Shown here piece by piece: positions 55,108-64,000 of a DNA stretch of 64,000 nt. Origin of the DNA: Bacteroidia bacterium (GTDB taxonomy: Bacteria > Bacteroidota > Bacteroidia > M30B66); contig OZ257142.1 in assembly GCA_965279035.1 (NCBI GenBank), forward strand, positions 2,368,001-2,432,000. Direction: 5' to 3'. Under the pieces are notes generated by a model. It made no database searches. It was not told the DNA's origin and saw only the letters and a list, made by a program, of their open reading frames with translations. Made by a program: the position numbers and the translations under genes. How positions within the stretch are numbered: position 1 is the stretch's first letter; every line of letters starts with the position of its first letter.

Positions 55108-57654
55108 TTATTCAGATTCAGCTTGATCTTCTGACTTTTTCTTCTTTTTGGGTTTGATGATTTTCACCTGAATTTCTTTCAGTACGTCATCGAACGATAA
55201 GTTGATAGAATCTCCTTCTGTCAATGTAGAACCAATGATATGTTCTGCCAAAGGATCTTCCACATATTTCTGAATTGCACGTTTAAGTGGACGAGCTCCA
55301 AATTGTGAATCATATCCTTTTTCCACAATAAAATCGCGAGCAGAATCTTCCAATTTAATTTTGTAACCCATGTTTTCAATCCGGCGATACAAATGTGAAA
55401 GTTCTATATCAATGATTTGATTGATATTTTCCTTACTCAACGAATTGAACATAATCACATCATCCACACGATTCAAGAATTCAGGAGCAAATGCTTTTTT
55501 CAAAGCACTTTCAACAACACCACGATCATGATCCGATGCTGTATTTGCTTTGGCTGAAGTCGTAAAACCAACTCCTTGACCGAAATCCTTCAACTGACGT
55601 GAACCAATGTTCGAAGTCATGATAATGATAGCATTCTTGAAATCGATTTTTCGTCCCAAACTATCAGTCAACTGTCCATCATCCAACACTTGCAACAACA
55701 AGTTGAATACATCAGGATGTGCTTTTTCAATCTCATCCAATAAAACAACTGAATAAGGTTTGCGACGAACTTTCTCAGTCAACTGTCCACCTTCTTCATA
55801 ACCAACATATCCTGGAGGCGCTCCAATCAAACGAGAAACTGCAAATTTCTCCATGTACTCACTCATATCTATACGAATAAGAGCATCATCGCTATCAAAC
55901 AAATATTTCGAAAGCACTTTGGCCAATTGAGTTTTACCAACTCCAGTGGGACCAAGGAATATAAAAGAACCAATTGGACGATTAGGATCTTTCAATCCAG
56001 CACGATTACGTTGGATTGCTTTTACTACTTTCTTAATAGCCTCATCTTGTCCGATTACTTTTCCTTGAATCTCATCGTACATTTTTACCAAACGAGAACT
56101 TTCGTTTTGAGCGATACGCTGAGTTGGAACTCCCGTCATCATTGCTACTACTTCAGCTACATTATCTTCGGTAACTGTTTGACGATTATTCCGAGTTTCT
56201 TCTTCCCATACTTTTTTAGCTGCATCCAATTGCTCAATGAGCGTTTTTTCTTTATCACGTAAACGAGCAGCTTCCTCGTATTTCTGACTTTTCACCACTT
56301 GAATCTTTTCTGCTTTTACTTCTTCAATCTTCGATTCAATGTCGAGAATACTCTGTGGTACATGTATATTAGTAATGTGCACACGAGAGCCAGCTTCGTC
56401 TAAGGCATCAATCGCTTTATCTGGCAAATGACGATCGCTAACATAACGCTGAGTTAGTGTCACACACGCTTTCAACGCCTCAGGAGTATAAATTACATTG
56501 TGGTGATCTTCGTATTTCCCTTTGATATTGTTGAGAATCTGAAATGTTTCTTCTTCAGAAGTTGGATCTACAATTACCTTTTGGAAACGACGTTCCAATG
56601 CTCCGTCCTTTTCAATATACTGACGATATTCATCCAATGTTGTAGCACCAATACATTGAATTTCTCCACGAGCCAAGGCTGGCTTAAACATATTCGATGC
56701 ATCCAATGAACCGCTTGCTCCACCAGCACCAACAATAGTATGTATCTCATCAATGAATAAAATCACATCAGGCGATTTCTCCAGTTCATTCAACACCGCT
56801 TTCATGCGTTCTTCAAATTGTCCACGGTATTTTGTACCAGCAACTAAAGAGGCAAGATCAAGCGTAATCACTCGTTTATCAAACAAAACACGCGATACTT
56901 TCTTCTGAACTATCCGAAGTGCAAGTCCTTCTGCAATAGCCGATTTACCAACACCAGGTTCACCAATTAATATAGGATTGTTTTTCTTACGACGAGAAAG
57001 AATTTGAGAAACACGTTCTATTTCTTTTTCACGCCCAACAATTGGATCCAATTTACCTTCGTCAGCAGCTTTGGTTAAATCTCTTCCGAAATTATCGAGA
57101 ACTGGTGTTTTAGATTTGGTATCCGAAACTTTTTTAGTTCCGCCTCCACCAAATGTACCTCCATCATCATCATTATCATCGTCGAGAGGATTGTTTGAAG
57201 CTTGAGCACGCGGCTCTTCTGTGAGCAAATTTTTAAGCTCATCACGAACGGTAATATAATCCACGTTGAATTTTTCTAAGGTTTTTGTGACAATATTGTC
57301 TTCATCTTTTAAGATTGCCAGCAGCAAATGCTCTGTACCAATCAAGTTTGTTTTGAATAAGCGAGCTTCAAGGTAGGTTACCTTCAACGCTTTTTCAGCC
57401 TGCTTAACAAGTGGTATTTGATTTAAATTGAGTGATTTACCTGAAGATACTTTAATTGAAGATTCAATTTGTTTTCGAAGATCAGCAATGTCAACCCCTA
57501 AACTCTTCATTATCTTAATCGCCATTCCTTCGCCTTCTCTGATAATTCCGAGTAATAGGTGTTCTACACCCATATAATCGTGTCCCAGTCTCAGCGCCTC
57601 TTCCCGGCTGTAGGAAATTACATCTTTAACACGTGGTGAAAATCTCGCTTCCAT
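55108..57654 (-). CDS. clpC: ATP-dependent Clp protease ATP-binding subunit ClpC
   Basis: Two Clp-N repeats (EHLLL), GEPGVGKS and GPTGVGKT Walker A motifs, short UVR-type middle domain (YEEAARLRD) and GARPL. Confidence 0.93.
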   Translation of the reverse strand: MEARFSPRVKDVISYSREEALRLGHDYMGVEHLLLGIIREGEGMAIKIMKSLGVDIADLRKQIESSIKVSSGKSLNLNQIPLVKQAEKALKVTYLEARLFKTNLIGTEHLLLAILKDEDNIVTKTLEKFNVDYITVRDELKNLLTEEPRAQASNNPLDDDNDDDGGTFGGGGTKKVSDTKSKTPVLDNFGRDLTKAADEGKLDPIVGREKEIERVSQILSRRKKNNPILIGEPGVGKSAIAEGLALRIVQKKVSRVLFDKRVITLDLASLVAGTKYRGQFEERMKAVLNELEKSPDVILFIDEIHTIVGAGGASGSLDASNMFKPALARGEIQCIGATTLDEYRQYIEKDGALERRFQKVIVDPTSEEETFQILNNIKGKYEDHHNVIYTPEALKACVTLTQRYVSDRHLPDKAIDALDEAGSRVHITNIHVPQSILDIESKIEEVKAEKIQVVKSQKYEEAARLRDKEKTLIEQLDAAKKVWEEETRNNRQTVTEDNVAEVVAMMTGVPTQRIAQNESSRLVKMYDEIQGKVIGQDEAIKKVVKAIQRNRAGLKDPNRPIGSFIFLGPTGVGKTQLAKVLSKYLFDSDDALIRIDMSEYMEKFAVSRLIGAPPGYVGYEEGGQLTEKVRRKPYSVVLLDEIEKAHPDVFNLLLQVLDDGQLTDSLGRKIDFKNAIIIMTSNIGSRQLKDFGQGVGFTTSAKANTASDHDRGVVESALKKAFAPEFLNRVDDVIMFNSLSKENINQIIDIELSHLYRRIENMGYKIKLEDSARDFIVEKGYDSQFGARPLKRAIQKYVEDPLAEHIIGSTLTEGDSINLSFDDVLKEIQVKIIKPKKKKKSEDQAESE

Positions 57655-57684
57655 GATGGTTTGTGTCTATTTATCAGTCCTAGT

Positions 57685-57692
57685 CAAAGATA
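57685..57692 (-). promoter_or_regulatory. -7 box (TATCTTTG) of clpC
   Basis: Exact TAnnTTTG 30 nt upstream of the ATG. Confidence 0.6.
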
Positions 57693-57824
57693 CAGAATTG
57701 GAACTGAGCTTGGTTACAAATTTATTTGCAAGTAACAACGTTCGTCAGTTTATAATTGTTAATTACAAACAGAATTTTGTTAATACAAACGGGGTAAAAA
57801 ACTGCCTCGAATCGCTCAAAAAGC

Positions 57825-57832
57825 TATATTCG
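57825..57832 (+). promoter_or_regulatory. -7-like box (TATATTCG) of gyrA
   Basis: TATATTCGCAGC; the identical 12-mer precedes the AlbA_2 ATG on the minus strand. Confidence 0.5.
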
Positions 57833-57892
57833 CAGCTTGATTTTGAACACGCATTTTAACAACAACCATACACTTCCGGTTTAACTGATTTT

Positions 57893-60412
57893 ATGGCAGA
57901 AGGAGAGAAGATAATTCCGATTAACATCGAAGAAGAAATGAAAACGGCTTACATCGATTATTCGATGTCGGTCATTGTGTCACGTGCATTGCCCGATGTG
58001 CGCGACGGATTGAAACCAGTACACCGCCGAGTTCTGTTCGGAATGCAAGAATTAGGTGTATCAGCATCTCGTCCACATAAGAAATCCGCCCGTATTGTTG
58101 GGGAGGTTTTAGGGAAATTTCACCCACATGGCGATACCTCTGTATATGATGCGATGGTTCGTATGGCTCAAGAATGGAGTCTTCGATATCCATTAGTTGA
58201 TGGACAAGGGAATTTTGGTTCTGTTGATGGTGATAGCCCAGCAGCAATGCGTTATACTGAAGCACGTTTGAAACGTATTGCAGAGGAAATGCTTGCTGAT
58301 ATCGACAAAAACACAGTCGATTTCAAACTCAACTTTGACGATTCCCTAGAAGAACCAACTGTACTTCCTGCAGCTATCCCGAATTTGCTTATTAATGGAG
58401 CATCTGGAATTGCTGTTGGTATGGCGACGAATATGCCGCCACATCAATTAGGTGAAGTAATCGATGGAACCGTTGCATATATCGACAATCGTGAAATTAC
58501 GATTGAGGAATTGATGAAGTTTATCAAAGCTCCAGATTTTCCTACAGGTGGAACAATATACGGGTACGAAGGTGTAAAAGAAGCCTTCGAAACTGGACGT
58601 GGACGTATTGTTATGCGCGCCAAGTCATCGATTGAGCAAGCAGACAACGGTCGCGAACGCATCATTGTAACGGAAATCCCTTACATGGTGAATAAAGCTG
58701 AGATGATTCGCAAAACGGCTGAACTCATCAACGATAAGAAAATTGAAGGCATCAGCGACATGCGTGACGAAAGTGACCGTGACGGGATGCGCATTGTATA
58801 TGAATTGAAAAAAGACACGATCACGAGTGTTGTATTAAACAATTTATATAAGCATACGCAGTTACAGTCTTCATTTTCAGTCAATAATATTGCGCTTGTA
58901 AATGGTCGTCCTGAGATGTTGAATCTCAAAACACTGATCAGCCATTTTGTTGAGCATCGTCATGAAGTACTTGTTCGCCGAACAAAATTCGATCTAGAGC
59001 AAGCAGAGAAACGTGCTCATATTTTAGAAGGTTTCTTGATTGCATTAGATAATTTAGATGCAATCATCACCTTAATCAGAGCTTCTCGCACACCAGATGA
59101 TGCACGTGAAGGTTTAATGGAAGGATTTAGTCTTTCTGAAATTCAGGCGCGTGCAATCTTGAATTTAACACTTCAACGATTAACTGGACTTGAGCGCGAT
59201 AAAATTCGCGATGAGTATGCAGAGTTAATGAAAACGATTGATCATTTGAAGGAAATCCTTGCGAATGAGACGTTGCGAATGACCATTATCAAAGATGAGC
59301 TCTTACTAATTAAAGAGAAATACAATGATGAGCGTCGTACGAATATAATTTATGCAGCCGACGGAGAACGCATTGAAGATTTTATTGCTGATGAGCCTTG
59401 TATTATCACGGTTTCTCATATGGGATACATCAAGCGTACGAACTTGAATGAATACCGTACTCAAAAGCGTGGAGGAAAAGGATCGATTGGTTCGAACACG
59501 CGTGATGAGGATTTTCTAGAGCATTTATTCTCAGCAACAACGCACAATTATCTTTTATTCTTCACGAAAAACGGTCGTTGTTTCTGGATGCGTGCTTTTG
59601 AAGTTCCAGAAGGTTCTAAAACATCGAAAGGACGGGCTATCCAGAATTTAGTGAATATGCCTCCTGATGATAAAGTAGTTGCTTATGTGAATGTAACGAG
59701 TCTAAGTGATCCGGAATACATCAACAACAACTACATTATAATGTGTACGAATAAAGGAACGATTAAGAAAACATCCTTGGAAGCGTATTCACGTCCACGT
59801 CAGAATGGTATAAATGCCATTACAGTAAGAGAAGGCGAGGAGTTGTTGGAAGCAAAAATGACCAATGGAACAAGCGAAATCATGATGGCCTTGAAGAGCG
59901 GTCGTGCCATTCGTTTTCCAGAAGCAAAAGTTCGACCTATGGGAAGAAATGCATCTGGAGTTCGTGGAGTTACGTTGAAAGACGAGCAAGATGAAGTCGT
60001 TGGAATGGTTTGCGCTGAAACAGTTAATACTCAAGTCTTAGTTGTTTCAGAAAATGGGTATGGAAAACGTTCCGATATTGAAGAATATCGTGTTACAAAC
60101 CGGGGTGGAAAAGGAGTGAAGACCATTAACATAACGGAAAAAACAGGTTCGCTCATCGCTATTATTGGTGTGAAAGACGAAGACGATTTGATGATTATTA
60201 CTCGTTCTGGTGTTACAATTCGTACTCCTGTGGAAGATTTACGAGTTATGGGACGAAATACTCAAGGTGTTCGTTTGATTACATTGAAAGGAAACCAAAG
60301 TATTGCTGCCGTTGCTTGTGTTGAAAAGGATGATGAAGTGGAAGAGGAAAATGGTGAAGAAGGCACAATTACTGGTAGCGCCGAAACAACCGAACCGTCA
60401 ACTGAAGAATAA
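57893..60412 (+). CDS. gyrA: DNA gyrase subunit A
   Basis: [28 protein letters not shown] (catalytic Tyr), GyrA-box QKRGGKG, pinwheel repeats and acidic tail. Confidence 0.97.
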   Translation: MAEGEKIIPINIEEEMKTAYIDYSMSVIVSRALPDVRDGLKPVHRRVLFGMQELGVSASRPHKKSARIVGEVLGKFHPHGDTSVYDAMVRMAQEWSLRYPLVDGQGNFGSVDGDSPAAMRYTEARLKRIAEEMLADIDKNTVDFKLNFDDSLEEPTVLPAAIPNLLINGASGIAVGMATNMPPHQLGEVIDGTVAYIDNREITIEELMKFIKAPDFPTGGTIYGYEGVKEAFETGRGRIVMRAKSSIEQADNGRERIIVTEIPYMVNKAEMIRKTAELINDKKIEGISDMRDESDRDGMRIVYELKKDTITSVVLNNLYKHTQLQSSFSVNNIALVNGRPEMLNLKTLISHFVEHRHEVLVRRTKFDLEQAEKRAHILEGFLIALDNLDAIITLIRASRTPDDAREGLMEGFSLSEIQARAILNLTLQRLTGLERDKIRDEYAELMKTIDHLKEILANETLRMTIIKDELLLIKEKYNDERRTNIIYAADGERIEDFIADEPCIITVSHMGYIKRTNLNEYRTQKRGGKGSIGSNTRDEDFLEHLFSATTHNYLLFFTKNGRCFWMRAFEVPEGSKTSKGRAIQNLVNMPPDDKVVAYVNVTSLSDPEYINNNYIIMCTNKGTIKKTSLEAYSRPRQNGINAITVREGEELLEAKMTNGTSEIMMALKSGRAIRFPEAKVRPMGRNASGVRGVTLKDEQDEVVGMVCAETVNTQVLVVSENGYGKRSDIEEYRVTNRGGKGVKTINITEKTGSLIAIIGVKDEDDLMIITRSGVTIRTPVEDLRVMGRNTQGVRLITLKGNQSIAAVACVEKDDEVEEENGEEGTITGSAETTEPSTEE

Positions 60413-60427
60413 TTTAAACCAATCGTT

Positions 60428-61588
60428 ATGAAACGAATTACCCTGATGTTCTTGGCGACTTCACTGGGGCTGCATCTTCAAGCACAACCAAATAAAGTTG
60501 TAAGTGCATATAATTATCTCAATTATTACTTGAAAGACAAGGAAGTTGAGAATTTAAAGAATGCTCGACAAAATATTGATGAAGCTGCAGAAAATCCTAG
60601 TACTTCAGTAAAACCAAAGACATGGTATTACAGAGGAAATATATACTGGGCAATTCAGGATAGTAAAGATCCCGCTTTATTGGAAGCGACTGTTAATCCC
60701 TTGTTAACTGCTGTTGAATCCTATAAAAAAGTATATGATTTAGATCCTAAATACGAATATGCTGAAGAGTCGTATCAAAAAGCGATGGTAGGTTATAAGA
60801 ATCTAGGAATCATGGCCTTTAATAAAAATGATTTCAATGGAGCTTTAACTTATTTTGAAAGCACATTTGACTTATCTGCAAAGAAGGGAGTAGTTGATAC
60901 TTCAGCACTTGAGAATTCTTCAATAGCAGCAATTAGAGCAAATAATCATGCTAAATCTCAACAGTATTTGAAGCAACTGATTGCTTTTAATACGGATAAA
61001 GATGGAACTCGCTATATGCAATTGATTCGTGTACAAAAAGAAGCTGGAGATACTGCTGCATCTGTAAAAACATTGATGGAAGGTCGACAGAAATTTCCTA
61101 ACGATCAGAAGTTGCTTACAGAGGAATTGAATAGTTATTTGCAAAGTGGGAAATCGGCTGAAGCAGAAAAATTATTAGCCATTGCGATTGAAAAAGATCC
61201 GACAAATCATTTGTTGCATTATGCCTCAGGAACCATTTTCGAAGATTTGGGTAAACGTGAACAAGCTATAGCTGCTTATAAAAAAGCGATAGAATTGAAG
61301 CCTGATTTCTGGGAAGGATATTTCAATTTAGGTGCTTTGTATAATAATGAAGCAAAACGTTTGCAAGATGTAGCTAATAATGAAAAGGATAATAAAAAGT
61401 ATGAAGCTGGTAAAAAACTAGCTGAAGCTGAATTTAATCTAGCATTACCAAACTTGGAAAAAGCGTTGGATTTAGCACCGAAAGACAGTCCAGATTTACA
61501 ACCGCTCCTCAAAACATTGAAACAAATTTACAGTCTACTCAACATGACTGATAAATACAATGAAATGAAAAAACGTTTGGGACAATAA
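60428..61588 (+). CDS. Secreted tetratricopeptide-repeat protein
   Basis: Signal peptide and multiple TPRs (AIAAYKKAIELKPD..YFNLG); directly downstream of gyrA. Confidence 0.88.
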   Translation: MKRITLMFLATSLGLHLQAQPNKVVSAYNYLNYYLKDKEVENLKNARQNIDEAAENPSTSVKPKTWYYRGNIYWAIQDSKDPALLEATVNPLLTAVESYKKVYDLDPKYEYAEESYQKAMVGYKNLGIMAFNKNDFNGALTYFESTFDLSAKKGVVDTSALENSSIAAIRANNHAKSQQYLKQLIAFNTDKDGTRYMQLIRVQKEAGDTAASVKTLMEGRQKFPNDQKLLTEELNSYLQSGKSAEAEKLLAIAIEKDPTNHLLHYASGTIFEDLGKREQAIAAYKKAIELKPDFWEGYFNLGALYNNEAKRLQDVANNEKDNKKYEAGKKLAEAEFNLALPNLEKALDLAPKDSPDLQPLLKTLKQIYSLLNMTDKYNEMKKRLGQ

Positions 61589-61596
61589 TCTCAACC

Positions 61597-61627
61597 AAGA
61601 TAGAGGACCTAAAAATCCTCTATTCTT
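61597..61627 (+). terminator. Probable terminator hairpin
   Basis: ATAGAGGA-8 nt-TCCTCTAT followed by TCTT. Confidence 0.5.
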
Positions 61628-61637
61628 GTAAATTTCT

Positions 61638-61665
61638 ATTTAACATAATATTAATTATATAACAT
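61638..61665 (-). other. dif-like XerC/XerD recombination site
   Basis: Minus strand ATGTTATATAA-TTAATA-TTATGTTAAAT: 11-6-11 layout, right arm identical to the E. coli XerD arm. Confidence 0.75.
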
Positions 61666-61924
61666 ATTGAAGTTTCTGAAATACAGTGTTAATAGGCTTT
61701 CTTGAATATAATTCAGTTAATATCTATTTGTGAATTAAGAAACGATAATGATTTCAGAGAAACGTATAGTTGAGTATTAAAAATGGAATCACCAGACTTC
61801 AAACGAATTTTAACATATCAATTAAAGAGTAAAATCTTTTCTGAAAAAATCATTCTGGTGATTTCTGTTGATTAACAAATTGTCTGTTTAACAATTAGAT
61901 AGATATTCAACATAGAGAAAAGCG

Positions 61925-61955
61925 TTTGTGGTTGTCGTGAAATCGCTTAGGTTTG
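61925..61955 (+). promoter_or_regulatory. Full Bacteroidota sigma70 promoter (-33/-7) for accD
   Basis: TTTG (61925-61928), 19-nt spacer, TAGGTTTG (61948-61955). Confidence 0.7.
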
Positions 61956-62017
61956 TAGCCCTTCATTGATGAATAGTTGAATTTATATTACTGTTTTTCA
62001 ATTACAACGTATTGCAA

Positions 62018-62899
62018 ATGAGCTGGTTTAGTCGTAAAAACAAGAACATTACTACATCTACTTTAGAGAAAAAAGAAACTCCTGAAGGTTTGTGGTATAA
62101 ATGCCCTTCCTGCAAGAAGATTTTTGCTTCGATTGATCATGAGGCCAATCTTTGGGTTTGCTCTAACTGTGGATATCACGAACGCGTAAACTCTCGTGAA
62201 TATTTCACTGTTTTATTTGATGATAATAAATACGAAGAAATATTGGACAATATTCGTTCAGCCGATCCATTGGTGTTTGAGGATACCAAAAAGTACAAAG
62301 ATCGTTTGGTTGCCAGTATGGCTAAATCGGGATATAAAGATGCTATTTCGGTTGGTGTTGGGCCAGTTGATGGAGTTAAAATGGTGATTGCCTGTATGAA
62401 CTTTGAGTTTATTGGAGGCTCTATGGGCTCTGTAGTTGGTGAAAAAATTTCCAGATCTATTGATTATTGCATCAAGTACAAGCTCCCCTTTATGATTATT
62501 AGTAAATCGGGTGGAGCACGAATGATGGAAGCTGCATATTCATTAATGCAGATGGCTAAAACTTCTGCAAAGCTTACCCAATTAAGCGACGCAGGTCTCC
62601 CCTACATCTCATTATTAACAGATCCAACAACTGGCGGTGTTACTGCATCGTATGCTATGCTAGGCGATTTGAATATTGCTGAACCAGGTTCACTTATTGG
62701 TTTTGCTGGTCCACGAGTAGTTAAAGAAACCATCGGTAAGGATTTACCAGAAGGATTTCAAACAGCAGAGTTTGTTTTAGAACATGGTTTTCTTGATTTG
62801 ATCGTTGAACGTCGCGATTTGAAATATAAAATTGCTCAGATAATGCGACTATTAACGAAGCAAAATTGCACACCGATCGTTAAAAATGCCTTTAATTAG
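62018..62899 (+). CDS. accD: Acetyl-CoA carboxylase carboxyltransferase beta subunit
   Basis: [15 protein letters not shown] Zn finger, [31 protein letters not shown] and GFAGPRV. Confidence 0.96.
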   Translation: MSWFSRKNKNITTSTLEKKETPEGLWYKCPSCKKIFASIDHEANLWVCSNCGYHERVNSREYFTVLFDDNKYEEILDNIRSADPLVFEDTKKYKDRLVASMAKSGYKDAISVGVGPVDGVKMVIACMNFEFIGGSMGSVVGEKISRSIDYCIKYKLPFMIISKSGGARMMEAAYSLMQMAKTSAKLTQLSDAGLPYISLLTDPTTGGVTASYAMLGDLNIAEPGSLIGFAGPRVVKETIGKDLPEGFQTAEFVLEHGFLDLIVERRDLKYKIAQIMRLLTKQNCTPIVKNAFN

Positions 62900-62994
62900 G
62901 TAATACTAATTCGTATCAAAGTCAAATTCTGACTTATTCACATTGAGATTGTTAATTTTTTGATGCATGTTTATTTAGGCAAAGATTTTTTACT

Positions 62995-63002
62995 TAGCTT
63001 TG
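62995..63002 (+). promoter_or_regulatory. -7 box (TAGCTTTG) of rpsO
   Basis: Exact TAnnTTTG 26 nt upstream of the ATG. Confidence 0.6.
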
Positions 63003-63028
63003 TGCTCCTGTAAAAGAAGACACAAAAA

Positions 63029-63298
63029 ATGGCATTGACGTCAGAATTAAAAAAAGAAATTTTCACCAAATTTGGTGGATCAGAGACCAACACAGGCTCT
63101 ACAGAAGCTCAGATTGCGATGTTTACTCAACGTATTTCTGATTTAACTGAACATTTGAAAGTCAACAAGAAAGACTTTGGAACACAACGTTCATTGATTC
63201 GTCTTGTAGGTAAACGCCGCAGTATGCTGGATTATCTTAAAGGACGCGATATCGAAAAATACCGTACAATTCTTAAAGAATTGAATATCCGGAAATAA
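63029..63298 (+). CDS. rpsO: 30S ribosomal protein S15
   Basis: 89 aa; TGSTEAQIA..T.RI..L.EHL..VGKRR..L.YL..L.IRK. Confidence 0.97.
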   Translation: MALTSELKKEIFTKFGGSETNTGSTEAQIAMFTQRISDLTEHLKVNKKDFGTQRSLIRLVGKRRSMLDYLKGRDIEKYRTILKELNIRK

Positions 63299-63305
63299 AT
63301 TTCTG

Positions 63306-63340
63306 AAAAAGGCAATTCACGGATTGCCTTTTTCCTTTTT
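63306..63340 (+). terminator. rpsO terminator
   Basis: AAAAAGGCAAT-TCACGG-ATTGCCTTTTT followed by Ts. Confidence 0.85.
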
Positions 63341-63364
63341 CACACACTACATAATAGCCTCTAT

Positions 63365-64000
63365 ATGAATATTGGAGTGCGCAAGACATTTGCTATGCCC
63401 GATGGTAAGGAAATTACCATTGAGACAGGCAAACTTGCCAAACAAGCCCACGGCTCTGTCGTGATAACCATGGGTGGCACCATGTTGTTGGCAGCAGTTG
63501 TCAGCAATGAAGACGCAAAAGAAGGCGTTGATTTTCTTCCATTAACCGTTGAGTACCAAGAGAAATATGGTTCAACTGGTCGTTTTCCGGGTGGTTTCTT
63601 TAAACGCGAAGCGCGTCCATCTGAAAACGAAATTTTAATTTGTCGTTTGGTTGACCGTGCATTACGTCCACTTTTTCCAGATGATTATCATTCCGATACC
63701 ACTATTACCATCAATCTGATTTCTTCAGATCGTACTCAATTACCTGATTCATTAGCTTGTTTGGCAGCTTCAGCAGCTTTAGCCGTGAGTAATATTCCTT
63801 TTAATGGACCTGTTTCGGAAGTACGTGTTGCTCGTGTTGAAGGCAAATTGATTATCAATCCAACCATTGATGAGCTGAAAAATGCTGATCTCGATATAAT
63901 CGTTGCAGCATCAACTGATAGTATTGTGATGGTTGAGGGTGAAATGAAAGAAGTTCAAGAGCATGATATGTTGGAAGCAATTAAGCTTGCACATGAAGCT
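63365..64000 (+). CDS. pnp: Polyribonucleotide nucleotidyltransferase (PNPase), 3' truncated; absent from the ORF track
   Basis: [58 protein letters not shown]; follows rpsO. Confidence 0.95.
   Translation, partial: MNIGVRKTFAMPDGKEITIETGKLAKQAHGSVVITMGGTMLLAAVVSNEDAKEGVDFLPLTVEYQEKYGSTGRFPGGFFKREARPSENEILICRLVDRALRPLFPDDYHSDTTITINLISSDRTQLPDSLACLAASAALAVSNIPFNGPVSEVRVARVEGKLIINPTIDELKNADLDIIVAASTDSIVMVEGEMKEVQEHDMLEAIKLAHEA

Noticed and set aside
57653-57859. 68-aa ORF between clpC and gyrA
   Set aside because: It covers both -7 boxes and the repeat motifs, and has no coding-like features.
61783-61875. 30-codon ORF (MESPDFKR...) and a 10-bp inverted repeat AATCACCAGA/TCTGGTGATT (61787-61863) as a MITE
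   Set aside because: Too short, no target-site duplication, and no second copy in the window; compatible with chance.

Overview
This is AT-rich (roughly 35-38% GC by eye) chromosomal DNA from a Bacteroidota member, judged from TAnnTTTG -7 promoter boxes, T9SS C-terminal domains, the eukaryote/archaeal-type ProRS and Bacteroidota-type FabI/ClpC. A housekeeping backbone (nif3-like, Zn-ribbon, proS, gyrB, recN, fabI, clpC, gyrA, accD, rpsO, partial pnp) is interrupted at about 9.4-35.8 kb by three T9SS-secreted proteins (3288, 3922 and 955 aa). An AraC/aldehyde dehydrogenase/DUF779 cluster, an old yellow enzyme, a Tat-lipoprotein flavin amine oxidase and a GH3/serine-hydrolase fusion are also present. 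I found no rRNA, tRNA, CRISPR array, transposase, integrase or reverse transcriptase. The main observations outside the ORF track are: (1) a 28-bp dif-like XerC/D site at 61638-61665 next to a cluster of degenerate DnaA-box-like nonamers; (2) structured GC-rich leaders before both giant adhesin genes, one with a start/stop-coupled uORF crossing a terminator-like hairpin (candidate attenuator); (3) an (ABC)3AB higher-order Ig-repeat array; (4) a prion-like Y/N/Q lipoprotein with a 69-bp tandem repeat, paired with a FadL-family barrel; (5) a GC-rich Flavo-1-like intergenic element; (6) an unannotated 47-aa membrane ORF; (7) several probable leaderless genes. Product calls come from motif recognition only; no database searches were run.
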